A stretch of DNA of 64,000 nt from Octopus sinensis (taxonomy: Eukaryota), in assembly GCF_006345805.1 (NCBI RefSeq), contig NC_043026.1:1612001-1676000 (forward strand). The letters are read 5' to 3'. The notes below the pieces were generated by a model. The model was not told where the DNA came from and made no database searches. It saw only the letters and a program-made list of their open reading frames with translations. The translations under genes and the position numbers were made by a program. Shown here piece after piece: positions 1 to 13,515 of this stretch (within the stretch, counting starts at the first letter, position 1; each line of letters starts with the position of its first letter).

Positions 1-1378
1 GGTACAAAGCAGAGTAGACTTCCTTCTAAAGCAGAGTAAATTTAATCAGAAAAATTAAAAACAAAACTATTTTTAACACAATTGGCAAATTAACAAACTT
101 CAAAAGCAGTTTGTTTTTTCAATACAAGTACAGTATAGTGTACACTATTCCGGATTTCTAGAAGACAAGCAATTGGTCCAGAACTGTATGTACAAAGCTA
201 TTTATATACCTAATATTAAATATCACGAAAGCAGTGGGATGTAAAAAAAGCCCCAAGTGGAAAAAAACCACTGACGTTAATTATTCCGACCTGCAACTCG
301 TTGCGTCACTCTAACATTTAATTCTCAGTCATCGACTTTGCTATAACATCCTTAACGTTCTGAGTTCGAATCCCCTTTGAAGTGAATTCCTTTAAAAATT
401 ACAATTGTTTCCCCCTTTTTTTCACACCTATCTTATAAAACGGTGAGAGAAGAATAGCGTCGTTGGTTACAAATTTCCGAAGGGACGTTTATTTATTGTT
501 CGCCACATTTCTGACGGTGAGAATGGCCAGGGGGGGTGTCTTTAAATTGTGGCAGAACAAATATTACAAAGGACTTCGTTCGAAAAGCACTTTTTTTTTG
601 TTTTGTCTTTGTTTTCTGTTGTTTTTAGTTTTCTTTTTTGCTTTCTCGCTTATGTTTTGTAGACTCCGTTATATACCCTGATGCACACACACACACAGGT
701 ATGTATATCTATCTATCAGTCTGTCTGTCTGTTATATACTAGAATAAAAAATATGAATGCAGAATCCTAGAATATTCTTGAGTACAGAAAAGTATAGAAT
801 AAGCAGTAACAGAATGAAAAAATGCGGGCACTGAGTGCTAGAATATTCTTATGTATTGAAACTGGAAAAGAAGAAAAAGCTTAAAATTTTGCTACAAGTG
901 AGAATTTAAAAACTAAAATAGTAATAAATGCCCCTTTATATTTTCTATTTTTACTTAAAATTTTAAATTAAAATACTCAAGAACTTATTTATTTTCAATT
1001 TTAGTGAAAAGAATAATCACCTGCAAATTTAGGTATCAAAAAATTGATATTACAAATTTATATATTTAAAGAATTACATGATAACAATTTAAGCAAAATG
1101 TACCACTATAAACCCCTGCAATTTTTAAAGGAAAGCTAGAGTCATTTCTACATTTTGAACTCAATTTATTCATCAGCTTTCATTTTTTTAAATATTTTAC
1201 TAACTGTAAATAGAAAATGCTTTGCCATCTAATAATGCAAACTTAAAAATTATTAGTTCATTTGTTTCTTTTAAAAAAACTTTTGTATCATTTTTAATCT
1301 TTTGAATTACATATATTCTACGTCAGTTTAATTTTATAACTTAATAGCTGGGATTTAAAATTCGGGGATGATGAGTTC

Positions 1379-1640
1379 ATCATCATCATCATCATCATCG
1401 TTTAGCGTCCGCTTTCCATGCTGGCATGGGTTGGACGTCTGGGAAGCCAGAAGGCTGCACCAGGCCCAGTCTGATCTGGCAATGTTTCTACAACTGGATG
1501 CCCTTCCTAACGCCAACCACTCCGCGAGTGTAGTGGGTGCTTTTTACGTGCCAGACGAGGCTGGCAAATGGCTACGATCGGATGGTGCTTTTTACGTGCC
1601 ACTGGCACGGAGGCCAGGCGAGGCTGGCAACAGCCCTGGT
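1379..1640 (-). mobile_element. Dispersed RTE 3'-tail copy; other copies at about 10268, 15553, 21175, 34845, 44880, 51950, 52610 (-) and 21590, 39990 (+)
   Basis: Shares ctggatgcccttcctaacgccaaccactcc and the (CAT)n end with 26123-26300. Confidence 0.85.
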
Positions 1641-4563
1641 GAGAAAATAAAAGTAAAACAATAATATACTACTAAAATAAGACAAATATTTTAACTTAAT
1701 ACAAAGAAATTTTTAAATCAAAAATATTAACTTAAATTTTTTAAAAAAAGCAAAAAAATCTTGAAAAACAAAACACTGCACAAACTATTTCATCATTGTT
1801 TATATCAATTCTTTGTCCATTCCTGCTAAATTGAACCACCGTTAGCCACAGTAAACTAACCAGCAGAGAAAGGACAGAAAATTTTTAGTGCACCTTTTCT
1901 AGCACGTTCCCAGTATATCCAGGTGAGCAGTGTTCTCCTTAAAAGGGCTGCTCAGACACAGGATTCTCCACCGTAAACAGTTCCTGTCCATGAAAACATG
2001 TTAGCAATGTTAAGATAAGAACCCTATTCCCTTGTGTGCAGATTTGTAATTGTCTGCTTCCAACTGGTCAAGCTTGCATTCATCACCACACCTCCATTAT
2101 CATAGGAGCCTTGAAAAGTGATGATTTCAGTTACAAATGCTCGGACAACACTTCTGCCACTTTCTGGGTCAAAATAGTAGATTCCATTTAACAAGAAAAA
2201 CAAGATTACAAGTACTAAGTTGACTGCAGGTTTTATATTGGAGTGGCTTCTGGGCTTTTCCTCATAAGGAAACTGCAAGTCAGCAGTGGTAAGTCGATTT
2301 GAAATCAGTTTTATTCTCCTATATTGATTGTCCTGATCCAGGCTTCATTTCAAAACAGGATCCCAATCTACACCCATTGAACAGTCATAGCTTTGATAGT
2401 GCAGCTAATTAAGGAGACCCTCATTACCATGGTGGGACTCATTAGCCATGGTGAATGCAACTCTTCTAGGAGAAGGACACTCTCACACACACACACACAC
2501 CCATTTCACTACATTCCCCTCCCCTCTGCCTCCCACTCTTGTGAACTCCTCATCTTCTCATCCAGTCCAACCCTCTCTAAACACTTCACCTCCCTGTAAC
2601 CTGGGTATGCCCAGACACACCTTCTTCACCATCTTCTCTCCTCCTCTCCTCTCTCTTTTCTCAAATGGGGCTCACTAGCTCCTGTCAAACCATCCAACCA
2701 TGCCCACATGGAAAACAGGTATTAAATGATGATGATGGATGGACTTCCACACAGTTTCCACTTGTAACAATGATGGGAAAGCTGCTTTCTGTTTATGAAC
2801 ATAATTTAGTGTTACTTTAATAAAGAATGTGCTCGTGCAATACAAGTGAAGAAATATTCAGATGAAACAACAGAGAGGACAAGTGCAGAAAGTCTTCATT
2901 AGAAATTCAACATTCAGGTTAATTTTTATATCTCAATACATTATTCTTGTTGCCATGGTATGCCTTCTTCAATCATTCTAGGTTGAATATATAGTTGTGA
3001 CAACAGCTGTGTGGAGAGTGGATGCCACCAGGAACCAAATCACTCTAGAGTTTTGACAGTCAGTTGAGCTGTATTTGTAGGCTGTGTTCATGGAAGGTTC
3101 TAGTTACGCCACTCAGTTGTCACATGAATAACAGCCTATGATCAAATTGTGTGAATTCACTGATTACACATCTACCAATTTCATTAGGCATTAGTTAGCC
3201 CTAGACTATAGTGAAAAACAATTACCCAAAATGCCATTCAGATGGATTGAACTTAAAACCATGTGGTTGCCAAGTAAGCTTCTTAACCACACAGCCATGA
3301 AGGTTTTTTTCTCTTTGTTATTTGTTTCCTGTTTTTTTTTAACATAACAGTTGGCATCCTTGGCCCCTTTTTTTTTAGACCTCCAAAGTTGGAAGGTAAC
3401 AAAGAAGTTATCCTAAGACTAAAGATTTGGTTGCCAGTGAAGTCAACCTGAAAGGACCTGCTGGAGGCCTTAAACTGGCCAACAGCTTAAAACTAGCAAC
3501 TAAGCTTTTCTAATGTTTGCTCTTGGCATAAACATTTTAATGTGCACTTAATGATCTTTTATATCTTACTATCCATCTGTCTAACAATCCATCTATCTTT
3601 CTACTTTTTAACGTGTAAAACCAGCCACAACTGACCTTGCCTGTGTTGGTACCACATGCAAGCAGTCCACTCTTTGGAGTGGTTGGTGCTAGGAAGGACA
3701 TCTAGTCATATAAACTATGCCAAAACAGACACAGTATCCTGGGGTAGTTTTCTACCAGGCCAGTTCCTGTCAAACCATCCAACCCATGCTAGCATGGGAG
3801 GCAGATGTTAAACGACATTGGACAGATTTGGTCAGTTTGGACATAAAACAGGGAGACTATTTTTAGCTGGACATTAAAATGCTAAGAATTTAAAACCCCA
3901 AACTGGGATCGAAGGGGCCAGTATGTTCAAGATACACTTTATGAGGAAGGGAAAGTGAAGAATGTAAAAACCTACCATGATAAGTTTGCTTCCTAATGAC
4001 ATGGTTCTGAGATCAGTCCCATGGTGTGGCACTTTGAGCAAAAGTCTTCTACTATAGCCACAGGCCAAACAAAGCCTTGTTAGTGGATTTGGTAGATGGA
4101 AACTGAAAGAAACCTGTTGTGTGTGTATATATATATATAAATATATGTGTGTGTGTGTGTCTTTGAGTCTGTCCCCCACCACTGCTTGACAACTGGTGTT
4201 GGTGGTTTACACCCCTGTAACTTAGCGGTACAGCAAGGAGAACCAATAGACTATATATCAGGCTATACGCAAAAAAAATACATCCTGGGGTCAATTCATT
4301 CAACTAAAACTTCTGCAAGGCAATGCTCTAGCATGGCCACAGTATGTTATGGGTGTGATAGTATATCTCTTTCTGGTAGAAATTAACAATGGTCAAAGCT
4401 GGTTGGAAAGGAATGGGCTCAACCAGATCTAAAAAAATTCAAGACATGTTGTATGCCACAACAGTGTCTCTACCAAAGTAAGGTAAAGATTATGGGTCGA
4501 ATATCATTTTATTCTTCATGTCATATATTTTGTTGTATGTTGTTTTGCCAATTCATATGAATA

Positions 4564-5407
4564 CAGGATGCTGTGAATAAACTGTTGTCTAAATTACACA
4601 AAAATGAAAATAACACTGACATCTCATTTTAACAAATATATTTACCAAAATTAAATAAAAAATATCTTGAAATACCAAAGAGCAAATTTATTCAATAAAA
4701 TCGCCATTGTCTTCAACCATGGCCTCTAGACGACTTTGGAATCTCCTGCAACTCTTCTGGATGGTCTCCTTGTTTAAGTTGGTGAATGCTGCTATAATTC
4801 TTTCCATCAGTTCATCTTTGGCGTTCAAGGAGTTTTAGTGGTATCTCGCTCTACTGCACCCCAAGGGGGTTGAAGTCTGGGGAGTTAGGTGGCCAGATGT
4901 TAGGGGTGATGTAAATGCAGAAATTGTCTCACAGCCACGACTGGGTTCCCTTGCTTGTGTAACAAGGTGTAGTGTCCCATTGCCAGACATAGGGCCTTCC
5001 AGCAGCCACCCTCAAGACACAGGGCAGCACTACCTCTGCCAAGCACTTGATGTAGGCTTCTGTGTTGAGACTGATGCTGTGTGGGAAGATGACTGGAGGC
5101 ATAACATTGTCATCACTAGAGATCACTCCAAACACCATGATGTTGACTGGATGTTTGATTTTTATCACTCTCGGTACACGTCCTCAGACTGACAACCAAA
5201 CACTCGGAAATGTTCGTATTGGAGCTTCCAGTGCAAATTCCAAGCAGTACAGAATGTCATTTGCAAATTTCTGGCAGAGTAATTGCATCATGGTGCTGTT
5301 TTTTGCCTAACTGATCCTACTGTACTCTGTAGTCAACAAAATCAAAAACAATGTTCGTGTGTGAAATTAAAAATTTTAAATGGCAACAATTTATCCATTG
5401 CACCCTG
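4564..5407 (-). mobile_element. Internally deleted Tc1/mariner-superfamily transposon
   Basis: Imperfect TIRs (CAGGATGCTGTGAATAAACTGTTG / reverse complement CAGGGTGCAATGGATAAATTGTTG) with TA on both sides; transposase fragment VMVFGVISS...VWQWD in ORF 4929..5168. Confidence 0.8.
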
Positions 5408-5623
5408 TATGTATGTGTGTATAAATATATATATATACACACACACATATTAAAATGTACAGTATATTATTCATTACAGCTGATTTTACCAATTGGTTTC
5501 ATACTAGAGGTTCAACAGGATGTTAGATAACAGCCTGATTATGCAACCTTGCACTCTTCAAAGATAGTTCTGTACACTTCAATTAATATACCCACTCTAC
5601 TGACAAATATAGAAGTTTGCATA

Positions 5624-5679
<56 letters not shown>

Positions 5680-6019
5680 TATATATATAATGTATTTGTT
5701 TTGCAAGCTCCTGATATGAAATTGTGCATAGAAACAAATAGCTATATTTTGGGACGGACATTTTTTTCCTTCTGTCAGATAAACACATGCATTGTTTTTC
5801 ACTCTTCACTTGTTTGTTATAGCTCTTTTATTCTTTTATTTGTTTCAGCCATTTGATTGCAGCCAAGCTGGAGCACTGCCTTTAGTGAAGCGAATCAACC
5901 TCAAGACTTATTCTTTGTAAGCCTAGTACTTATTCTATCAGTCTCTTTTGCCGAACTGCTAAGACCACACCAAACCCTGGAACCATGTGGTTGGCAAGCA
6001 AGCTACTTACTTGATGAGT

Positions 6020-8930
6020 TTCTGTGTTTTCAGGATGTCGTTCATTTTTGGATCTCAGTTTGCACAATAGTGTTGAATGCCTCACTGTTTCTGGGGTTGT
6101 GTGTTGATATAAATAGTAATGTTTTGAGTTGAGGTGCGGTGTTATGTTTTGTTGTTCTTAGTGTTTTTGTGTAATGTTTGGCACATTTAATTCCCTCATC
6201 GATAAGTGAGGGTGGATATTGTCTTTCAATAAACGTTGTTTTGAGGTCTTGAAGACGAAGGTCCCAAGTTGTTCTATCAGACACTATTGTGCAGATCCTT
6301 TCTGCTAAGTTAAAAGGGATGTTTATTTTTATGTGTTTCGGGTGGCATGAGTTAAAAAGAAGATATTGTTTTGAGTCAGTTGGTTTATAATAAATGTCAG
6401 TTATGATTTCATTGTTAACTTTTTTTATCATGATGTCTAAAAAAAGGGAGTTGTTCTTTGTTATATTCCATTGTGAATTAAATGTTACTATTTATATCAT
6501 TTAGTGTTGATTTGAAGTCCAAAAGCTTGTCGATGTTCTCCTCCCAAATGATAAAGCAGTCATCTAGGTATCTTTTCCAATTTTCTCTTATGTAGAGGTA
6601 AAATGGGTAACCCTATTTCTGGAGCGATACTTCTTTTAAGGTGAATTCAAAATAACCCATTATTAGGTTCGCAAGAACAGGAGCTGCTTTCATCCCTAGC
6701 GTAATTCCGCATTTCTGCCGATAGTATGTGTCATCAAATAGGAAATAATTGTTCTGAAGTATAAATTTTAAGGATTCAATAATAAAGATCTGGTTTATGC
6801 ATTCCGGGAGAGCTTTGGGGTACTTTTCCAACCAGAATTTAATTGCTTTTATTCCAAAGTCATGGGGGATGTTTGTGTAAAGATTGATAACATCGAGGGT
6901 GACCAATACTGCCTCTTCGTTAATCGTTTTTGGTAGGTGTTCTAGCATGTCTAAATCATCCCTAATGAAGCTTTTGATGTATTTCAGCAAGGGTTTCAGT
7001 AGGATGTCTAGAAAATTGCTCAGTCGGTGGGTTTCACAGGCTGGCCCAGCTACAATGGGTCTTAAAAGTCAAGTCTTCTGGCATTTGGATGTTTATATAT
7101 TTGCCTGGTGATTGTTTGCAGGCTTCATTGATTATCTTGCTCTTGTGTATTTTAGGGAGGCCATAAAAAAGACTGGGTTTACATTTGAAGTTAGTGATGT
7201 AGTCTGTTTCTTTTTCTGTCAGGCATTTTCCATGTAGAAGAATTAAGGATGCAAGATTGTTCATTGTTTCGTTGTTTATAGTTTATAATTTTTTCGTAGA
7301 AGGCCTCGTTTTCTAGTATGGAAAGTACTAGTTTTTATAGTGTTCTGTGTCCATCAGAACTACAGCACTTCCTTTGTCAGCTTCTTTAATTGTCAGGTCT
7401 TTGTGGTTTTGTAGTTCAATCAGATTTTTCCATTCGAGATTGTTGAGGTTAGGATTAATTTTTCGTTTAATGGATGTGTAGGGGAAAATTTGGATATGGT
7501 TGCAGAAGTCATCCAGTGTTTTATTCCTACCCTTATGTGGAAGGTAATTACTTCTGTTTTTGACCAGTGATTCATCTTCGTTGTCGTAGTCAGTTAGTGC
7601 TTCTGCGAGTCGTAGTTTTCTGCAGAATTCCGAAATATTGTCTTTAATTTCATTATGGTTAGATCTTCGTGGGGTTGGGGTGAACTTTAAACCTTTGGCT
7701 CGTATATTGATTTTTGTTATACAGAGAGTTTTCTTTGATAAGTTAATGACTTTGTGTTTCTCCTGTACGTTTTGTTCCGTGTGTCCCTGTTTCTCTTGGT
7801 CTAAAAAAAATTTTTATTGTAATTTGGTTGGGAGGGGTAAAGGATGTTATTGTTATTAAATCAGTATTATTAGTACTTATTAGATTTGGATTGCTGTTGC
7901 TGCCTGGGTAAACTGGTTTGGGAGCACATGGTTAGGGTTTCTTCATTGGAATGAATTGTTGGGGTGCTTAATAATGTTTCTTCATTGAGGGGTAAAGGGG
8001 GTCTTTCTAGATGCTGGGTAGAAAACATTCTCTCTCCTTACTCTCGGCTGGTTTCTTCTAGTGTTTCTAATAGAATGGATAGTTCCTGTTATTAGACAGA
8101 GAATGGTTTACTTCTAGGCGTTGGGTTACTTTTCTGTGTTTGTGTTCTTTTGTATCTTGATTGTTTGATCTTAGGTGGATGTGTATTTATTTGTGTAGAT
8201 GCATTTGTTCTGGATTGTTTTATGAAGGGATCATCTGAAGTGTAATCTCTTTTAAATTGAGCTTCATATTCAAGGAAGAAGTTAACACTGTCTTCCCATC
8301 CTTGCAGGGAATTTATTTCTTGTCTCACAGCTGTCCTTCCATACTTCTACAACACTTTCCAAACGTTGTCCATCACCATATTTGCTGAGTTTGCTCTGCA
8401 TTTCCTCATTGATCTTTTTATATTTTTGTTTGTTATTCGATGCTCTGAGTTTGAGTAACTCAATCTCTCTTTTCATTTTTTCTAATGTTAATTTCTCCCT
8501 AAGTTTCCTTTCTTGTTCGGGTTCTTCAGGGATTAGATTAATCTGCAGTTTGCATGGTAGGATTAAAGGTGTTGAGTTAATCCATTTTTCATAAATTTCT
8601 GCTTTATTGTTATTTTTTATCATGGTCCAAAATGAGAATTTCCTAGTGTTGAGATTTTTGGACCAAATATGGCTAATCCGACTTTTAATCAAATGTGCTG
8701 ACATTGGTATATTTTCATTGTAGTTTTGGTCTTTTTGGTGATGATTCTTTTTCAAAGTTATTTGTGAAAAATGAATGCAGTGTCGTGCATAGTTTGTTCA
8801 AATTTTGAATAATCTGTTCTGTAGACTGTCTTCTTTGTTCAAATTTCGTTTCTTTTCGGGTACGGTAATATTCCCCTCCCATTACCGAAAGCTGAACAGT
8901 TATCTCCCTTACCCACAACGATAACCAATT
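6020..8930 (-). mobile_element. Penelope-like element (frameshifted RT; GIY-YIG end missing)
   Basis: KGLKFTPTP...FCRKLRL, LFYGLPKIHK, G.TLG...AP.LANL.MG, RYLDD (about 6550-6565) and TDIYYKPTDSKQYL.FNSCHP are PLE RT motifs; charged N-terminal region at 8282..8755. Confidence 0.85.
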
Positions 8931-9048
8931 ATCTCCTCTTATTTTATCTACTTATGAAGTCATTCACTCGTGAATTTCATCACATCACACACAACATGGA
9001 CAAAATTTCTTCTTAAGAAAAAATACATATTCAAATAAAGAAAACATA

Positions 9049-9083
9049 ATATCATGAATAGCAACAGCGAAACCGGTCGATAT
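9049..9083 (+). ncRNA. Degenerate minimal hammerhead
   Basis: AUAUC [AUGAAUA] GC-AACA-GC GAAAC-CG-GUC^GAUAU; stems intact, two core substitutions. Confidence 0.5.
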
Positions 9084-10103
9084 ATTAAAAATTATATTAA
9101 AACTATGTGTGCGTATTTTCATTTTTTAAGGGCACTCAACATGTATATTGGGAGTTACATGTACTATTCAAATCAGTTTGATTTGGATTCTGTGCTACTT
9201 AAAGTTTCAAAGCCCCTAACGGAACTTGACTGCTCAGGCTGGTGAGATTCTGCTCATTCAGAGTCTCCCTAGCCTGAGGAGAAACTTGAAGTATGGAATA
9301 TAAATCAGTTTTGAATATATATATATACATATTTGTTTCATGTAACATGCGTTTAAGAGCACCTAAATTGATAACTTGAAAGATTTTATTTTTGGCATCT
9401 TAGCATATTACATCTTAAATGCGTAAAAGGCCCATCCTCAGTTTTAATCATAATTTGATTTGATTTTTGTTTTATTTGCACTTTCATTTAACCTTTAGCA
9501 TGTTATATCACCATACAAGTATTCTCTCCTGAGGCTACAGGTGCATTGTATCGCATTTAGAGGGGAGAAAACCCATACAACAACATCATGCACCTACATC
9601 ATGCTAATGGTTAAATAAGATTTTTTTCTTTGCTGTTCCCTCACCACAGGAGGCAACATGAAGGTTACACCGTCTCTGTTGGTGGTGTTGTTGCCGTTAT
9701 TGTAATGCCCTTTTTTGGTTTCTAAGTACCACCAGAATTATTTGATTGGTGGAAAGTATTGTACATGGTTGAGGCAGTAAATTCATCTAAAAAGAATCAA
9801 GCAAGTCTTGATCATATTTCACCCATAAACAGCTGTGGCTCAATAATATTCAAATACATAGTAATTATTAAGAGTAATCTTACATAAGGATTTCAGAATT
9901 TTTTTCTTGCACAAGGCCAGCAATTTTGGAGAGTGGGGGAAGTTGATTACATTGACCCCTGGGCTCAACTGGTACTTATTTTATCAACTTTGAAAGGATG
10001 AAAAGAGCTGATGTGGGGTATAAGTTGTGACCCACTGTTAAAGCCTGTTAACTTCCATTTCATATTATTATCATTATATATATATATACACATATATATA
10101 CAC

Positions 10104-10785
10104 AGGCGCAGGAGTGGCTGTGTGGTAAGTAGCTTGCTAACCAACCACATGGTTCCGGGTTCAGTCCCACTGCGTGACATCTTGGGCAAGTGTCTTCTGC
10201 TATAGCCCTGGGCCGACCAATGCCTTGTGAGTGGATTTGGTAGACGGAAACTGAAAGAAGCCCGTCGTATCATCATCATCATCGTTTAACGTCCGTTCTC
10301 CATGCTAGCATGAGTTGGACAGTTCGACCGGGGATCTGGGAAGCCAGAAGGCTGCACCAGGCTCCAGTCTTATCTGGCAATGTTTCTACAGCTGGATGCC
10401 CTTCCTAACGCCAACCACTCCGTGAGTGTAGTGGGGGCTATTTACGTGCCACCTGCATAGGTGCCAGGCGAGGCTGGCAACAGCCACGGTCGGATTGGTG
10501 TATTTTACGTGCCACCAGCACGGAAGCCAGTCGAGGCGGCGCTGGCATCATATGTATATATATATATATGTGTATGTGTTTGTGTGTCTGTCCCCCTAGC
10601 ATTGCTTGACAACCGATGCTGGTGTGTTTACATCCCCGTCACTTAGCGGTTCAGCAAAAAGAGACTGATAGAATTAGTACTGGGCTTACAAAGAATAAGT
10701 CCCGGGGTTGATTTGCTTGACTAAAGATGGTGCTCCAGCATGGCCGCAGTCAAATGACTGAAACAAGTAAAAGAGTAAAGAGTAT
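10104..10785 (+). mobile_element. tRNA-derived SINE family A, split by an RTE-tail insertion; many copies in the window
   Basis: A box TGGCTGTGTGG and B box GGTTCAGTCC, body ttgggcaagtgtcttct...ggaaactgaaagaagccc. Copies at about 4000, 12450, 19860, 21770, 30690, 31460, 37110, 46110, 55020, 62310. Confidence 0.85.
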
Positions 10786-11279
10786 ATATATAGTAATTCT
10801 ATTGTAAATTAACAAATATCATCAATGTTTTTTGTTAGAAGATTCTTTGCTCTAAGAACAAGTATCTGTAGTTGTAGAGATCTGCCTTTGCAGAAGCCAC
10901 CTTGTTTTAAAATGGGATCAATATTAGGGGAAAATTCTATTAAAGGGTGTAAGTTTCTAGACTTTTGAGACTGAAGGTGAAGACAACCTTTCTTTGGAAA
11001 TGAACCAAAGAATCTGAGAAGGCTGCTAGTTTAAACATCATTATAACACAAGCGCAGCAAATGTGATGCAGTGGATTCTTCTTAACTCTTCCAGGGATGT
11101 TATCTAGGCCTGGTGTTTTGTTTCTTTAAGAATTTTTGAAGTTCTATGGAAAATAAGCCAGTCTGAATTGGCAGGCTCTCTGCTATCTTGTAGTTGAAGA
11201 AAACGAAAAGTCAAGCTTGGTGTTAGGTAGCTCTGTTTTACCAAGAAGCAATGTAAAATGCTGAAAAGAGGCATCCAAA

Positions 11280-13515
11280 TGCTGACCAGTGGATTTCTCA
11301 AAGACATTTGATAGTGTCAACAGAAAGACCATATTATACATGTTGAATTATGGTATCCCACATGGGTTTGACAAAGCCAACATCATCATAGATAACCTGT
11401 CAAGCTCTCTACAAAACACAGTCCAACTAAAGAGTTTACAACAAGAGGAATCCTTTAGGAGGCATATTAGATCCTTTTCTCTCTGTGATTGTAGAGGACT
11501 ACATCCTTAGGCAAAGTCTTGACCCTATCCAAGACTAAGACTTTACTACCAAGCAGAAGACATCAGCAGGATGTGTATCTCTCTGACTTTGACTGCCATA
11601 TTTTCCAACACGTCAATGTAGTATTAAAGTAGACACATTTAAACAGTTATTATCTTTCCAAATCCTGTTGTATTCCACGTGGTGTTTTTGCTTCTCCAAT
11701 GTCATTTTGGTGTATACCTCTTTTTGAGGTATTCAGATGATCTCACCTTCCATCTCAGTGTGATGAGCAAGTCTTGTTAACATCTCTCTGAATTCATGAC
11801 CATTATCAATGATTATAAACATCAACTGCCAATCTGTATCTCAGATGTCACATATCTTAGGGAAGCCAGTAACTTCAGGCACCCTCAGTCCTATGTTGCT
11901 GACAGTAAGATTAACTGAAAAGCAAGGAACAAACTTAAGGTACCTGTAAAAAGCAGAAAAATATCTGTAAATCAAGTATTTCAAAGCCAACGAGGCTTGC
12001 ATTGATTAAGCCACGGATAGACAGCAGTCTCCTCCTGGCAGCCAAAATCTGAACTACGATGGATGAGCTTCAAGATTACCTGAAACCTTTCCATAACAAC
12101 CCACTTTGGACAATCCTTCATTCTATCTTTTATCTTTTACTTGTTTCAGTCATTAGACTGTGGCCATGCTGGGGCACCACCTTGAAGAATTGTTAGTTGA
12201 ATGAATTAACCTCAGTACTTTTATTTATTTTTTCCTTTTAAGCCTGGGACTTATTTTATTAGTCTCTTTTGCTGAACTACTAAGTTATGGGGACATAAAC
12301 ACCAGTTTTCAAACAGTGGTGGAGGACAAACACAGACACAAAAACACACACACCCACTAAAAATTCTTCAAAGCGGTGTTCCAGCATGGCCACAGTCTAA
12401 TACTGAATCAAAGAAAACATAAGATATATACATATATACATACAGAGGTGTTGGTGTGGCAAGAAACTTGCTTCCCAACTACATCATTCTAGATTCAGTC
12501 CCACTGCGTGGCACCTTGGTCAAGTGTCTTCTACTATGGCCTCCAGCTGACCAAAGCCTTGTGAGTGGATTTAGCAGACAAACTGAGGAAAGCTTGTCAT
12601 GTATATATTTGTGAGTGTGTGTTTGTCCCCACTGCCACTACATGACAACCAGTGCTGGTGTGTTTACTTAGCAGTTCAGCAAAAGAGATTGATAGAATAA
12701 GAACCAGGTCTACAAAAACAAATAAGTACTAGGGGTTGATACATTCAACTAAAAATCCTTCAAGATGCAGCCCCATGTCACCTACCTGGGGAAAAACATC
12801 CTTCTTAATAACGCAACCAGTGAAAAGTACATTGCCAAAGGTAACAGCTTCTTTGAGCATCTGCAGAAGTGTGTGTATGGCAGGTGTCATCTCTCCTCTC
12901 CTCTTGGATGCTGGGTACAGGAACACTTCCAACAGAGATGCCTTCACTTCATCAGACGGGCAGCAGGCCACTTCTCATGCATGGATAAATCTAGAATGCT
13001 TGAGAGCTGGATTTTATTAAGCTCAGCCGGGGAAAAAGTGACACAAGAGGTCACATCCCTGGAAGCATTTCAAAGACTAGCTGAAACACTGGTTCATCCG
13101 GATAGGGAATGACCCCAGAAGGTGGGAAGGAGTTGCAGCACAAAGAGGGGCAGGGTGAGACTGCATCCAGACAATTGCAAGTAACTTTGAGAAAGCCAGA
13201 ACAAACGGGTGACATCTATGAAAGCCTACATATCTGCCCCAAGTATGTCAGAGCCTGTCGTTCAAGTATTAGTTGACATAGCCACTTAAGGGCTTGCCAC
13301 CCTCCCTTAATGATTTTTCAACAAAGAACTGCCATCATCATGTGCGTCTACATGCAGATCTATCTATCTATCTTTCTATACATATCTCACAACGAAAGCT
13401 TGCTTGGAACCACTCCTTGTGCAGATAAAAAGACGAAAGCTTGACTGGTATGATCAGGTAACCTGCCGCAACTCCCTGTCTGATATCATTTTACAGGTCA
13501 CGGTTGAGGGAGGCC
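11280..13515 (+). mobile_element. Scattered decayed RTE-type RT fragments interleaved with SINEs
   Basis: VDFSKTFDSVNR (11290), TYLG...IAKG..F..L (12780) and RRKL.WY...ILQ.TVEG (13430) remnants. Confidence 0.5.
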
